Assembly (NCBI GenBank): GCA_963803805.1
Contig: CAWDOD010000009.1
Span: 128,001 to 192,000, forward strand
Length of the DNA stretch: 64,000 nucleotides
Direction: 5' to 3'
Origin: an uncultured cyanobacterium
GTDB taxonomy: Bacteria > Cyanobacteriota > Cyanobacteriia > Cyanobacteriales > CAWCAG01
Shown here: positions 11,188-19,708 of the stretch, piece by piece
Numbering within the stretch: position 1 is the first letter of the stretch
Layout of the letters: each line of letters starts with the position of its first letter
Notes under the pieces: generated by a model
Database searches by the model: none
Told to the model about the DNA's origin: nothing
The model's input: only the letters and a program-made list of their open reading frames with translations
Made by a program: the position numbers and the translations under genes

Positions 11188-11961
11188 TCACAAGTTAGAA
11201 AAAATATTTGCTGTGGCTAACAATTCTCCTGTGTCCAACCAATCTGTTGCTGAAAATAACCCAGTAAACCACAAACTCATCATAGTCGCTGTACGAGCTG
11301 TTGTGGTTTCGAGCCAGTCGAACCAAGCTTCTAAGCCAATACCTGTTTTAGCAGAAATGGGAAGAATGGTAACATCAGGATTGATTTTGCGAACATTGGC
11401 AGCCATTTGAGCAATATCTACATCTAAGTACGGGGCCAAATCTATTTTTGTTAGTAGTAAACAATCTGCTTCTTGGAACATAACTGGATATTTGAGGGGC
11501 TGCTCTTCTCCTTCTGTGATGCTTAAAAGAGCAACCTTAGCGTGTTCTCCTACTGATAATTCTGCTGGACAAACTAAATTACCGATATTTTCTACTAATA
11601 CCAACTTTAAGTTAGAAGGGTCATGGTTTTGTAGTAAAGATTTAATCCCACCAGCGACCATTTTGGAGTCTAGACGGCAATAAGGCTTGGTTTGAATAGC
11701 AACAACCGGAACATCGTATTGACGCAATTTTTGGGCATCTAATTCTGTATTAATATCTCCTTCAATAATTGCGATTTGCAACTCCTTACTGAGGGCAGCA
11801 AGGGTACTTTCTAATAGCACCGTTTTACCAGCTCCAGGAGCGCTTATAATGTTGACGCAGCTAATCCCCCACTCATCTAAATGAGCGCGATTGCGCTCTG
11901 CTTCTACTTGGTTTGTCTGAAGTAGATGGGTTTCCCAAGCTGCGTCTAAAGTTTGGTGCAT
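11188..11961 (-). CDS. hypB: HypB/GhaB-like nickel-insertion GTPase, divergent
   Basis: PGAGKT P-loop, [28 protein letters not shown]. Short N-terminus with no His-rich region. Confidence 0.88.
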   Translation of the reverse strand: MHQTLDAAWETHLLQTNQVEAERNRAHLDEWGISCVNIISAPGAGKTVLLESTLAALSKELQIAIIEGDINTELDAQKLRQYDVPVVAIQTKPYCRLDSKMVAGGIKSLLQNHDPSNLKLVLVENIGNLVCPAELSVGEHAKVALLSITEGEEQPLKYPVMFQEADCLLLTKIDLAPYLDVDIAQMAANVRKINPDVTILPISAKTGIGLEAWFDWLETTTARTATMMSLWFTGLFSATDWLDTGELLATANIFSNL

Positions 11962-12137
11962 GTTGACAAAGTTCTCCCGCTTGATATGACGAATTTAAGC
12001 TGGTAGATGACCTGACCCTTTGGCTAACAAAAATACTAAATTCCCCATTAGGAAAATGGGTATTGTGAGATAGTAACCTGGAATTGAAAATTTGGAGCTA
12101 AGTGTAAAGTAACATTACTAATTTTCTCATTTTCCTC

Positions 12138-13697
12138 TTAATCTACCCTTACTAAGCGAATCTCTGTACGTTGTTGTTGAGGGGATTCCGGAGGAATATT
12201 AGGGACTGGAGAGCTAAAACCTTTTCCTTCTGCTACTAAGTTATGATCTAGTCCTTTACTTTTTAAGTACTGCACCACGATATCAGCCCTAGCTTTACTT
12301 AGCTTTTGATTGACATCAGAGGGGCCAGTTTTGGAGGTATGGCCAATAATTCTTACCGCAACGGTTTGTTTGTTAAATTCTTTGATTTCTGAGCTTAACT
12401 TATCTAAGGTTTGCTGCCCTTCAGGGGTTAATTGAGCAGAGCCTGTAGCGAATTTGACTTCACCTCTAACTTTTAAGTTACCAATATCAGGGGCTTGGGA
12501 AATTTCTTGCGGCTGTAATTGTTTGGTAGTTTCAGCAATAGTGTTGCCTTTACCAAGTAATTTATCAGCTAGTTGAGGATTATCAGCTTTAACTAAATTA
12601 ACTAAAGATTCGCTATTGTCCGCTGCTTTTTTGATTAATTCAGCAGTAAATAGCTGTTCGGGGTTTTGGGGAACATTATTAACTCTTCCCGCTAAAGCTA
12701 AGGTGGCTGCGGTAGAGGTGATTCTTTGGGTGAGGGTTCCTTGGTTCATCCAATCCCTTGTTTCTAAGGAAGTGAAAAAATCTATCCCTTGCAAAACAGA
12801 TTTAGCTTCATTGGTAGGTAAATCTCCATCCTCAGCAATTTGAGCCTGTAATTGAGAAGGTTGGCTAACATTACTGTCAATACGACGATAATAAGCTGCC
12901 AATAAATCCGCAATTTTCTCTGGTTGAGATTCAATGATACGATTACTCGCTGCAATGACATCTACAATTGCGTTGGGGGCATCTTCGCTTGATAAAACCA
13001 CCGTATATCCTTTTTGCCTGGCTTGGGTAACATAGGGTTCCCAAATGACTGCTACAGCTACATCTTTATTTGGATCTTGCAATAATTGCCAAGCTTCTGA
13101 AGCATCCGCAACTTTAATAATCTCAAAGTCAGCAAGGTTAAAAGCTTCAAATTTAGTACTTAAAACTAAAGCTAAATATTCACTAGGAGTATCTCCTGCA
13201 TAGGCAATACTCAAGGTTTTATTTTGACTTCTTGCTTCTGCTTGAAGCTTACTGAGATCCAAAAGGGATTTAAGATTGGAATATTTAGGAGTATTTAAAA
13301 CTACTGCATCCGCCCCGATGGTACGATCAATAAGACCAACAATTTTTGCTTCGGGTTGATGTTGAAGGTATTGATCTAAGGTTGTTACTAATAAATCCGC
13401 TTGACCTTTATTCAGCATCTCGGCACGCAAAGACTGGTCAAATTCATTTTGGTAATCAAGACTTAAGCCAGTTTCTTGCAAAGCTGCTTGAAAATCTTCG
13501 CTGCGAAAAGTACTGTAGCCGCTAAAGGTATCTCCCAAAATAGTAAATTCACCTTGAGCAGGATTATTATCAGTTACATTACCAATAGATATTCCACCTG
13601 GCTTGAGTTTGGTCAGAAAAAAATAACCACCGCCAAGAAGACCTGCGGTAATTAACAAAGCTAGAATTAATATAGTGGGGTTGTCTTGCTTGTTCAT
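12138..13697 (-). CDS. Membrane-anchored substrate-binding domain / OmpA-like peptidoglycan-binding fusion protein
   Basis: N-terminal TM helix, periplasmic-binding fold (GADAVV, WEPYV), C-terminal OmpA_C (GHTS..G...NQKLSKARA, QRTEIRL). Confidence 0.82.
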   Translation of the reverse strand: MNKQDNPTILILALLITAGLLGGGYFFLTKLKPGGISIGNVTDNNPAQGEFTILGDTFSGYSTFRSEDFQAALQETGLSLDYQNEFDQSLRAEMLNKGQADLLVTTLDQYLQHQPEAKIVGLIDRTIGADAVVLNTPKYSNLKSLLDLSKLQAEARSQNKTLSIAYAGDTPSEYLALVLSTKFEAFNLADFEIIKVADASEAWQLLQDPNKDVAVAVIWEPYVTQARQKGYTVVLSSEDAPNAIVDVIAASNRIIESQPEKIADLLAAYYRRIDSNVSQPSQLQAQIAEDGDLPTNEAKSVLQGIDFFTSLETRDWMNQGTLTQRITSTAATLALAGRVNNVPQNPEQLFTAELIKKAADNSESLVNLVKADNPQLADKLLGKGNTIAETTKQLQPQEISQAPDIGNLKVRGEVKFATGSAQLTPEGQQTLDKLSSEIKEFNKQTVAVRIIGHTSKTGPSDVNQKLSKARADIVVQYLKSKGLDHNLVAEGKGFSSPVPNIPPESPQQQRTEIRLVRVD

Positions 13698-13743
13698 GTT
13701 ACGGAAGAATCGGGGAGTAGGGAATAGCTTACTTGTTAGCCAT

Positions 13744-15546
13744 TTACAATAATTTTGGTGTTGATGTAACTGACTTTAAAATTCCATCTTCCAATTGATA
13801 AATAGCTGCCATAATGCCATTTTCTGGATTAGTTAAGAGAGATTTTTTGACATTATCTAAGTAATCAATAATATTTTTTTGCAAAATGGGTCTTTCTACT
13901 TTAACTGTATGATTATAATCCCAAATATCCCATACTAAAATACCAACACCAACAATGGGATCTATCATACTTGCTCCTAGTTCTGCCCCCACTGCACTAC
14001 CGGTTTTAGCTGCTAACTTAGAAGCAGCTTTTCCCGCAAATTTAGCACTGATTTTACTACCCACTTTCCCAGCAAAACTAATGATCAAAGGTTTAGCTAA
14101 TAAATAACCGCCTCCTCCCACTAAAGCTTTTAAGGATAAATTAGAAATATTACCATCGGTATCATTAACAGTGGTAGAAATATCGCTGAGGTAACGATTC
14201 CATTGCCCTTGGGGAATTTTGTAACTACTTTTAACTTGCTCAATATTATCTCCCAGTTCAGCTAGATATAAATTAACAGTTTCTGTGGTTAAAACTTCTA
14301 GCTTGATTTGGGCATTTTTGGGTAACAGTACTCGTTTAGCAAATTCTTTTTGAAAGTTTTGAGTCAACTTGGCCGCCACCACTTCTTCAGGAGTAAAATC
14401 ACGAAAATTTAGTTTATGTAACACCGAAGAAGATAGCCAGGTAAATGGTGTGGAAAATTCAATCTTTTTTTGATTAATATAACCAAAATACCAATCCAAA
14501 AAGTTATCTACGCGAGGAATAAGTTCTTGCTCCCACTCATCTAATTCATGGGAAGCAAACTCTTCAGCAGTTTCCTCTGCATCTTTTATAGCTACAACAA
14601 CTGCTTCATTAACTTTGTCTAGTTTCGGGCGAGGCTTAACCACAACTATAGGGTTGGGTTGCGTTAGTTTTTGCGTTGCTGTAACTCCTTCTGAGGAAGC
14701 AATTAAAAATCTACCGACTAAAGGAATTATTACTAATAAAATCACTGTTGCCCAAATAAAAGGAGCAACGGATTTAATAAATTGACTTAATGCTTTGAGG
14801 CGCTCTGTTTTTTGTTCATAGTTGGCAGTTTTTTCTTTTTTGTTTGCCGTCACTTCTGCCTTTTTAACAGAAGCAACTTGAGATGTTTTTTCCTCCTTAA
14901 CCACAGAAATTGGGGTTACTTGTGGAACTGTTTTAACCACCTTCTGAGACGTTGACTCTAGTGGGGCTGAAGAAGCTTCATCAAACCGGGAAGCAACTAA
15001 CTCTTTACCTAAAAGTATTTGTTCTTCACCGCTATCTCCTTGTAACCAAACCACAGGAGAAGCGAAACTATGACCTTTAATACTTAAGTCTAAATAACGA
15101 AAAACATATTCTACTGTTCCCTTAATTCCTTGAGCTAATAAAGTCTGTTCTTGCTTAACTAAATTAAATCCTAATTGTTTACCTATTTGGTAAGGAATAA
15201 CAGTAAAATCGGCTCCCGCCCCCACTATTACAGAAGCAGAAGCTACTTTGTTTTTGTATTTGAGATTAACTTGATAGCTAGGCAACCATTTGTCAGTTCT
15301 AACTTCTCGTAAGCTAATGGGTAAACCTTCGAGAGAATCAAGATTTTGAGGTAGAAAATAAATAGCAAAATTTTGCCGCGAACATTTCGCTAATTCAATT
15401 GTTTCTTCCCAAGCTTGGCTATGGGCAATTACTCCTTTGGTATTGTAGGCAATATATTGGTTTCCATAGTTATTAAGCTTCTGGCGGTTGCGGTTGAGCC
15501 AGTTAAGCAGAGCGTATTTTTCCTGTACCGATGGTTTTTTCTGCAT
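13744..15546 (-). CDS. Fusion protein: DUF5678-like plus retropepsin-like N-terminus, TM helix, helical C-terminal domain of unknown function
   Basis: YGNQYIAY..GVIAH; VGAGADFTVIP...ILLGKE aspartyl-protease-like pattern; TM near aa 260-285; FLDWYFGY and DPIVGVGILVWD segments. Confidence 0.65.
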   Translation of the reverse strand: MQKKPSVQEKYALLNWLNRNRQKLNNYGNQYIAYNTKGVIAHSQAWEETIELAKCSRQNFAIYFLPQNLDSLEGLPISLREVRTDKWLPSYQVNLKYKNKVASASVIVGAGADFTVIPYQIGKQLGFNLVKQEQTLLAQGIKGTVEYVFRYLDLSIKGHSFASPVVWLQGDSGEEQILLGKELVASRFDEASSAPLESTSQKVVKTVPQVTPISVVKEEKTSQVASVKKAEVTANKKEKTANYEQKTERLKALSQFIKSVAPFIWATVILLVIIPLVGRFLIASSEGVTATQKLTQPNPIVVVKPRPKLDKVNEAVVVAIKDAEETAEEFASHELDEWEQELIPRVDNFLDWYFGYINQKKIEFSTPFTWLSSSVLHKLNFRDFTPEEVVAAKLTQNFQKEFAKRVLLPKNAQIKLEVLTTETVNLYLAELGDNIEQVKSSYKIPQGQWNRYLSDISTTVNDTDGNISNLSLKALVGGGGYLLAKPLIISFAGKVGSKISAKFAGKAASKLAAKTGSAVGAELGASMIDPIVGVGILVWDIWDYNHTVKVERPILQKNIIDYLDNVKKSLLTNPENGIMAAIYQLEDGILKSVTSTPKLL

Positions 15547-15551
15547 CCTCG

Positions 15552-15583
15552 CCTATTACCTATTACCTATTACCTATTACCTA
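15552..15583. repeat. Heptamer short tandem repeat (CCTATTA)x4.5, STRR type
   Basis: cctatta cctatta cctatta cctatta ccta read directly. Confidence 0.9.
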
Positions 15584-16153
15584 AAAATCATTAGTCTTCG
15601 GCGGAGGGCCAACTGTACCGGAAGGGTTGGCAAATAAGTTATCACCAGCTTCGTTTTGATAGATACAATCAATTTCTGGTTTACTATCCAAACTGCCAAT
15701 AAAACCGAAGGTATTGAGGCGCTGTTTACAATCGCGAACCTCATTATTTGTAACCAGCTTTTTCTGCTCCAAAATTGACCAGTTATTCCGGCGTAGAACA
15801 CAACCTGGCTGGACAATCGGCTGAGTTACATAAACATGAAAAGGGTTGAGAGTAACAAAAACCTTCGTATCAGTAACAATAGCACTAGCTCCATACTGGA
15901 CACAAAGTTCCGCATTGGGGGCGCTGCGATCAATTGCTTCCCTAGAATTTATGTTTTCCACCCCAAAACTAGTGGCGGTGCTAAAGAAAATGCCCACACC
16001 AATACCGAGAATGAAGATACCTCCTATAATTGCTATGGCTGCGTAGCTCAAGCCAAAGGGCAAGGTAGGAGAAGATTTGCTGGGTTTTGATCTTGGTATC
16101 GGTTCTCTGTCTCTATAGTCTCTAGGGGGAGGAGATGGAGGTCTACGTCTCAT
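15581..16153 (-). CDS. DUF3172-family protein
   Basis: TM helix, CVQYGASAIV, QPGCVLRRNNW, CKQRLNTFGF. Confidence 0.85.
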   Translation of the reverse strand: MRRRPPSPPPRDYRDREPIPRSKPSKSSPTLPFGLSYAAIAIIGGIFILGIGVGIFFSTATSFGVENINSREAIDRSAPNAELCVQYGASAIVTDTKVFVTLNPFHVYVTQPIVQPGCVLRRNNWSILEQKKLVTNNEVRDCKQRLNTFGFIGSLDSKPEIDCIYQNEAGDNLFANPSGTVGPPPKTNDF

Positions 16154-16223
16154 ATTGGCTCAGGTTATTGCTAAGGCTATTAACTATTGTAGTAATTTTA
16201 CAGAAGGCGGCTTGACTATAAAG

Positions 16224-16256
16224 AAAAAAACCGCTTCAACAGAAGTTAAAGCGGTT
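16224..16256 (-). terminator. Rho-independent terminator
   Basis: Minus strand AACCGCTTTAAC-TTCT-GTTGAAGCGGTT followed by a U-tract. Confidence 0.85.
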
Positions 16257-16301
16257 TAGCTCATCCAGGTCAACATCTCTATAGAGTTCTCTATTCAAAA
16301 G
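16224..16301 (-). ncRNA. Candidate small RNA, possibly PsrR1-like
   Basis: -10-like box at 16307-16314, HLR1 element upstream, about 78 nt ending in a strong intrinsic terminator; no ORF. Confidence 0.4.
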
Positions 16302-16330
16302 AGGCAATATTATGCAGAACCTGGATTTTT

Positions 16331-16348
16331 GTTACATTACTTTACACA
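16331..16348. promoter_or_regulatory. HLR1-like direct repeat (putative RpaB site)
   Basis: GTTACATT-AC-TTTACACA matches (G/T)TTACA(T/A)(T/A)-N2-(G/T)TTACA(T/A)(T/A) with one mismatch. Confidence 0.6.
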
Positions 16349-17425
16349 ATGGTTTTCCTGAGACATTATTTTCTTTTTTGTGGAGAAGCTAACAATATTC
16401 AGTTCCGTTGCTTCAACACCAGTTTCTTTTTCTAGGCGATCGCGAATAAAAAGAAGATTAACATGGCGAGAAAAAACCATTAAGTGCCATTGTCTTAAAG
16501 GAGAATCACTTTCTATGTCCCAGGGTAGAAGGGAGTTTACCTGCTTTGCACCGTAAGTAGCAGCTAAATGATGGATTTGTGCTTCTTTAAAGCTAGAGTC
16601 AAATTTAACTAAAAGTTCCCCAGGTTGATAGTTAACTCCAGTTTCGGACTCCGTTGGTAAATTGAGATATTTTTGGACTAAATCTTCAAGAGATTTATGC
16701 TTCTGCCAACTTAGATCCACAGATGGTTTTTGTTCCTCATCCAAGTTTATGGCTTTCCCCTTAGCCCCCTTAACCCGAAAAACGATATCGTTACAATCTT
16801 TCTGAGAAGATTCTTGAGGAACTAAGTTTTCTAAGACAAAAGTAACTTCTTTCCCTCCTACATCTACGATTTCTCCCAGGGAAAGAGATGGCTTGAAGTT
16901 AGCTGTGGCGAAAGAAAACAAGGGATTAAGTCTTTTTGGTAGCGCTCCCTCGGTTATTTTGAGGCGATTGAAAACTTGCTCTAATGTACCTTGGGGAATT
17001 AACATCATCCCCAAGGTATCCCCAGGATTCATCATAAAGGTATCTGTTAATGAACAATCTTCACTACCCAAGGTTGTTAAGTTACCTAAGTTACGGTTAA
17101 AACTCTTACCTGGAGTCCGATCTGTAATGACAATCCGCCCCAATTTGGAGTTACTTAAAGCGCGGGTAACAACTTCAAGCAGAAATTTGTGGCTACCAAC
17201 TTCATAATCTTCCAGACGAGTCAAGCTAAAAATAGCTAATTCCCCTTGATAACCGCCACCATTATAAAGAAATTCAAAACTAACTTTTCCTGTTTCACCA
17301 ACAGTAAAAAAGCCAGATGTGAAGGCAGTATCTACTTTAGGGTGGGGGATTTTTTGTAGATAGAAGTGGGGAGTTATAATTGTTTTTTTAAAAAGAAAAT
17401 CTGCAATGGAGGCTGACTCGTCCAT
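16337..17425 (-). CDS. DUF4114-type domain plus subtilase-like prodomain, no catalytic domain (possible remnant)
   Basis: GFFTVGETG..GGGYQGELAIFS; KDCNDIVF; YQPGELLVKF...ATELN followed by a stop. Confidence 0.6.
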   Translation of the reverse strand: MDESASIADFLFKKTIITPHFYLQKIPHPKVDTAFTSGFFTVGETGKVSFEFLYNGGGYQGELAIFSLTRLEDYEVGSHKFLLEVVTRALSNSKLGRIVITDRTPGKSFNRNLGNLTTLGSEDCSLTDTFMMNPGDTLGMMLIPQGTLEQVFNRLKITEGALPKRLNPLFSFATANFKPSLSLGEIVDVGGKEVTFVLENLVPQESSQKDCNDIVFRVKGAKGKAINLDEEQKPSVDLSWQKHKSLEDLVQKYLNLPTESETGVNYQPGELLVKFDSSFKEAQIHHLAATYGAKQVNSLLPWDIESDSPLRQWHLMVFSRHVNLLFIRDRLEKETGVEATELNIVSFSTKKKIMSQENHCVK

Positions 17426-18043
17426 ATTCTATTTCAAGTCCATAGTTTTGAGATTATTTCTAGCTTGGTAGAATAAAGTTATTTACTGAATTTTCTGAGT
17501 AATATTTAGCTCCACAATTGATGATTAAGCTTTTAAATCTGAATCATAATTGCCATAAAGCTGTGTTCTATTTAAGTAAACCTGGCTTTTCCTTAAATGA
17601 GGATTATTTCGCTAATCTTTACCTTAAGTGCTTATTTTAGCAAAACTAAAAAACTTGTCTATTGAGGATATTGAGAATATTTTATACAGCTTAGTTGCCT
17701 CTACACCAGAGCAATTAATCTCTCTACTTTAGCGGCTAATTCCCGTTTGTGTATTAAGCCGTCTATCCACTTTTGGTACTTTGTCGATTGTTAGTTGACG
17801 AGGAAGGAGAAAAGGAAATCAGCAACAGGTATTTTCTAAAAAATCGCCTTCTTATTAGCTTTGTCGAACTCTCTCCTCCGCAAGAAGTAGCTTCTTTAGC
17901 TCAAAAGTACACTAATGACGACAAAGAGGTATACCCTCTGGTACTACTTTCTACCTCGTGAGCAAGAAGCTTTAAACAGCATTAAAAATTATTATTTGAG
18001 ACATATATTTAAGGTAAGCAAAAAAATTTACTGAGTTTCACCT

Positions 18044-18850
18044 ATGGCTTTATTAAAAATCGGGGACTTTTATCCCACCTATACCCAAGATTTATTTGAT
18101 GGCGAAGAAGTTAAAGGACTTGCGGTTTACGCTGGACTGACAGAAGAAAAGATTGGTTCCATTCATGATGTCTTAGTAGATGAAACTGGTAAGTTTCGCT
18201 ACTTTGTTGTTGACACAGGATTTTGGTTTATTGGTAAAAAAGTCTTACTTCCTATGGGTCGTTGTCGCATTGACGACAACAAACAACGTATTTATGCCAC
18301 AGGTCTAGAAAATAAGCAACAAGCAGAACACTTGCCAGAATATGACGACACTATGACAGTAGATTATGAATATGAAGAAAGAGTGCGTAATGTCTATCGT
18401 CCGAGGGCAGCCCCAGCAAATAATCATTCTGCTTTGAACCGGGGCGATCGCTATGAAAGTCAGCCAGATTTATATCAAATGCCAGATAGTCGCAAACTTA
18501 GGTTATATGAAGAACGACTTGTGGTTAATAAAAATCGCTACAAAACCGGTGAAGTTGCTGTGGGTAAACACGTTGTAACCTCACCAGCTAAAGCTACAGT
18601 GCCTGTAGAGAGAGAAAGGGTGGTTATCGAACGTTCTGAACCTACTAACCCAAGGACAATGGTTAACCCTAGTGTTGCTAGTTTCCAGAATCAGGAACTA
18701 GCTAGGGTTGAGGTGCATCGGGAAGCGGTTGATGTTCACAAAGAAGCTTTTGTCACTGAAGAAGTTAATATTAAAAAGGAAGTTACCCAAGAGTTCGTTG
18801 AAGCTGAAAAAAATTTGCGCCGTGAGGAATTGGATGTTGAAACTCAGTAA
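18044..18850 (+). CDS. PRC-barrel / DUF2382 stress protein
   Basis: FRYFVVDTGFWFIGKKVLLP; LYEERLVVNK; EVAVGKHV; LRREELDV. Confidence 0.88.
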   Translation: MALLKIGDFYPTYTQDLFDGEEVKGLAVYAGLTEEKIGSIHDVLVDETGKFRYFVVDTGFWFIGKKVLLPMGRCRIDDNKQRIYATGLENKQQAEHLPEYDDTMTVDYEYEERVRNVYRPRAAPANNHSALNRGDRYESQPDLYQMPDSRKLRLYEERLVVNKNRYKTGEVAVGKHVVTSPAKATVPVERERVVIERSEPTNPRTMVNPSVASFQNQELARVEVHREAVDVHKEAFVTEEVNIKKEVTQEFVEAEKNLRREELDVETQ

Positions 18851-18913
18851 AGTTGATGTTTAAGCTTTACCCTTTGCCCCCATCAGTGTATCTCCGACAC
18901 AACTATATTATCC

Positions 18914-18952
18914 CTACGGTAAACCCTAAAAAACCTTTTCGTAAAACCGTAT
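18914..18952 (+). promoter_or_regulatory. Two K-box-like elements upstream of the small heat-shock gene
   Basis: CTACGG-TAAA-CCCTAA (18914-18929) and TTTCGT-AAAA-CCGTAT (18937-18952) resemble GTTCGG-N4-CCNNAC; TAATAT -10 box at 18972. Confidence 0.45.
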
Positions 18953-19056
18953 TACTTTTTTAGTTGCTATCTAATATCCTAAAAGCATAGAGAAGAAAAA
19001 ACTTCTCTTAGTTCTAAAACATTCTTTTATTTGATTTAATGTTAGGAGGTATTTAG

Positions 19057-19497
19057 ATGGCACTCATTCGTTGGGAACCTTTCCGAGAAGTTGATAGCTT
19101 ACAAAGGGAAATGAATCGGCTGTTTGAGAGTTTATCACCTACTGATAGAGATAGTAATAATCTTGGTTCATTTATCCCTGCTGCTGAATTAGAAGAAACT
19201 GCTAATGAGGTTCTTCTCAAGGTAGAAATTCCGGGTTTAGATGCTGAAGACTTGGATGTTCAAGTTACGGCGGAAGCAGTTGCGATTAGCGGTGAACGTA
19301 AGTCAGAAACTAAAACCGAAGAGAAAGGCATGACTCGCAGTGAATTCCGCTATGGTAAATTCCGCAGGGTAATTCCTTTACCGACTAGGATTCAAAATAC
19401 TGATGTCAAAGCTGACTACAAAAATGGTGTTTTGCATCTAACTTTGCCGAAGGCAGAAGAAGAGAAAAATAAAGTAGTGAAGGTTACAATTGGCTAA
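19057..19497 (+). CDS. hspA: Small heat-shock protein Hsp20
   Basis: MALIRWEPF, SEFRYGKFRRVIPLP, YKNGVLHLTLPK; AGGAGG RBS. Confidence 0.95.
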   Translation: MALIRWEPFREVDSLQREMNRLFESLSPTDRDSNNLGSFIPAAELEETANEVLLKVEIPGLDAEDLDVQVTAEAVAISGERKSETKTEEKGMTRSEFRYGKFRRVIPLPTRIQNTDVKADYKNGVLHLTLPKAEEEKNKVVKVTIG

Positions 19498-19523
19498 ATA
19501 ATTTATTTAATTACTAAAATCTT

Positions 19524-19561
19524 AGTCCCTGTCAAAACATTTTTGACAGGGACTTTTTTTT
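19524..19561 (+). terminator. Rho-independent terminator of hspA
   Basis: AGTCCCTGTCAAAA-CAT-TTTTGACAGGGACT plus T-tract. Confidence 0.9.
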
Positions 19562-19708
19562 GCAAGATATCATCCTCAAGCTAGATTTGTTCCTTGAACC
19601 TAGTTTCTATTATTGAGCCAATAAGGTTGTCATCTACTAACTCAATTAAGGAACTTGCAAGTCCAAGTCCCTTAATTAGTTTGTGGACGAACAACTAGGG
19701 ATTTTTAG

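Noticed and set aside
10525-11683. Plus-strand ORFs antisense to the SBP and hypB genes, and similar shadow ORFs across the window
   Set aside because: They overlap well-supported genes on the opposite strand and have no motifs.
12103-12118. NtcA or HLR1 site GTAAAGTAACATTAC
   Set aside because: GTA-TAC spacing is 9, not 8, and only one good HLR1 half-site.
11962-12137. Guanidine-I riboswitch upstream of hypB
   Set aside because: Expected from operon type, but the conserved segments are absent; only a GCGGGAGA that can serve as RBS.
17773-17961. 62-aa ORF upstream of the DUF2382 gene
   Set aside because: TTG start, no RBS, no recognisable motif; probably promoter DNA.
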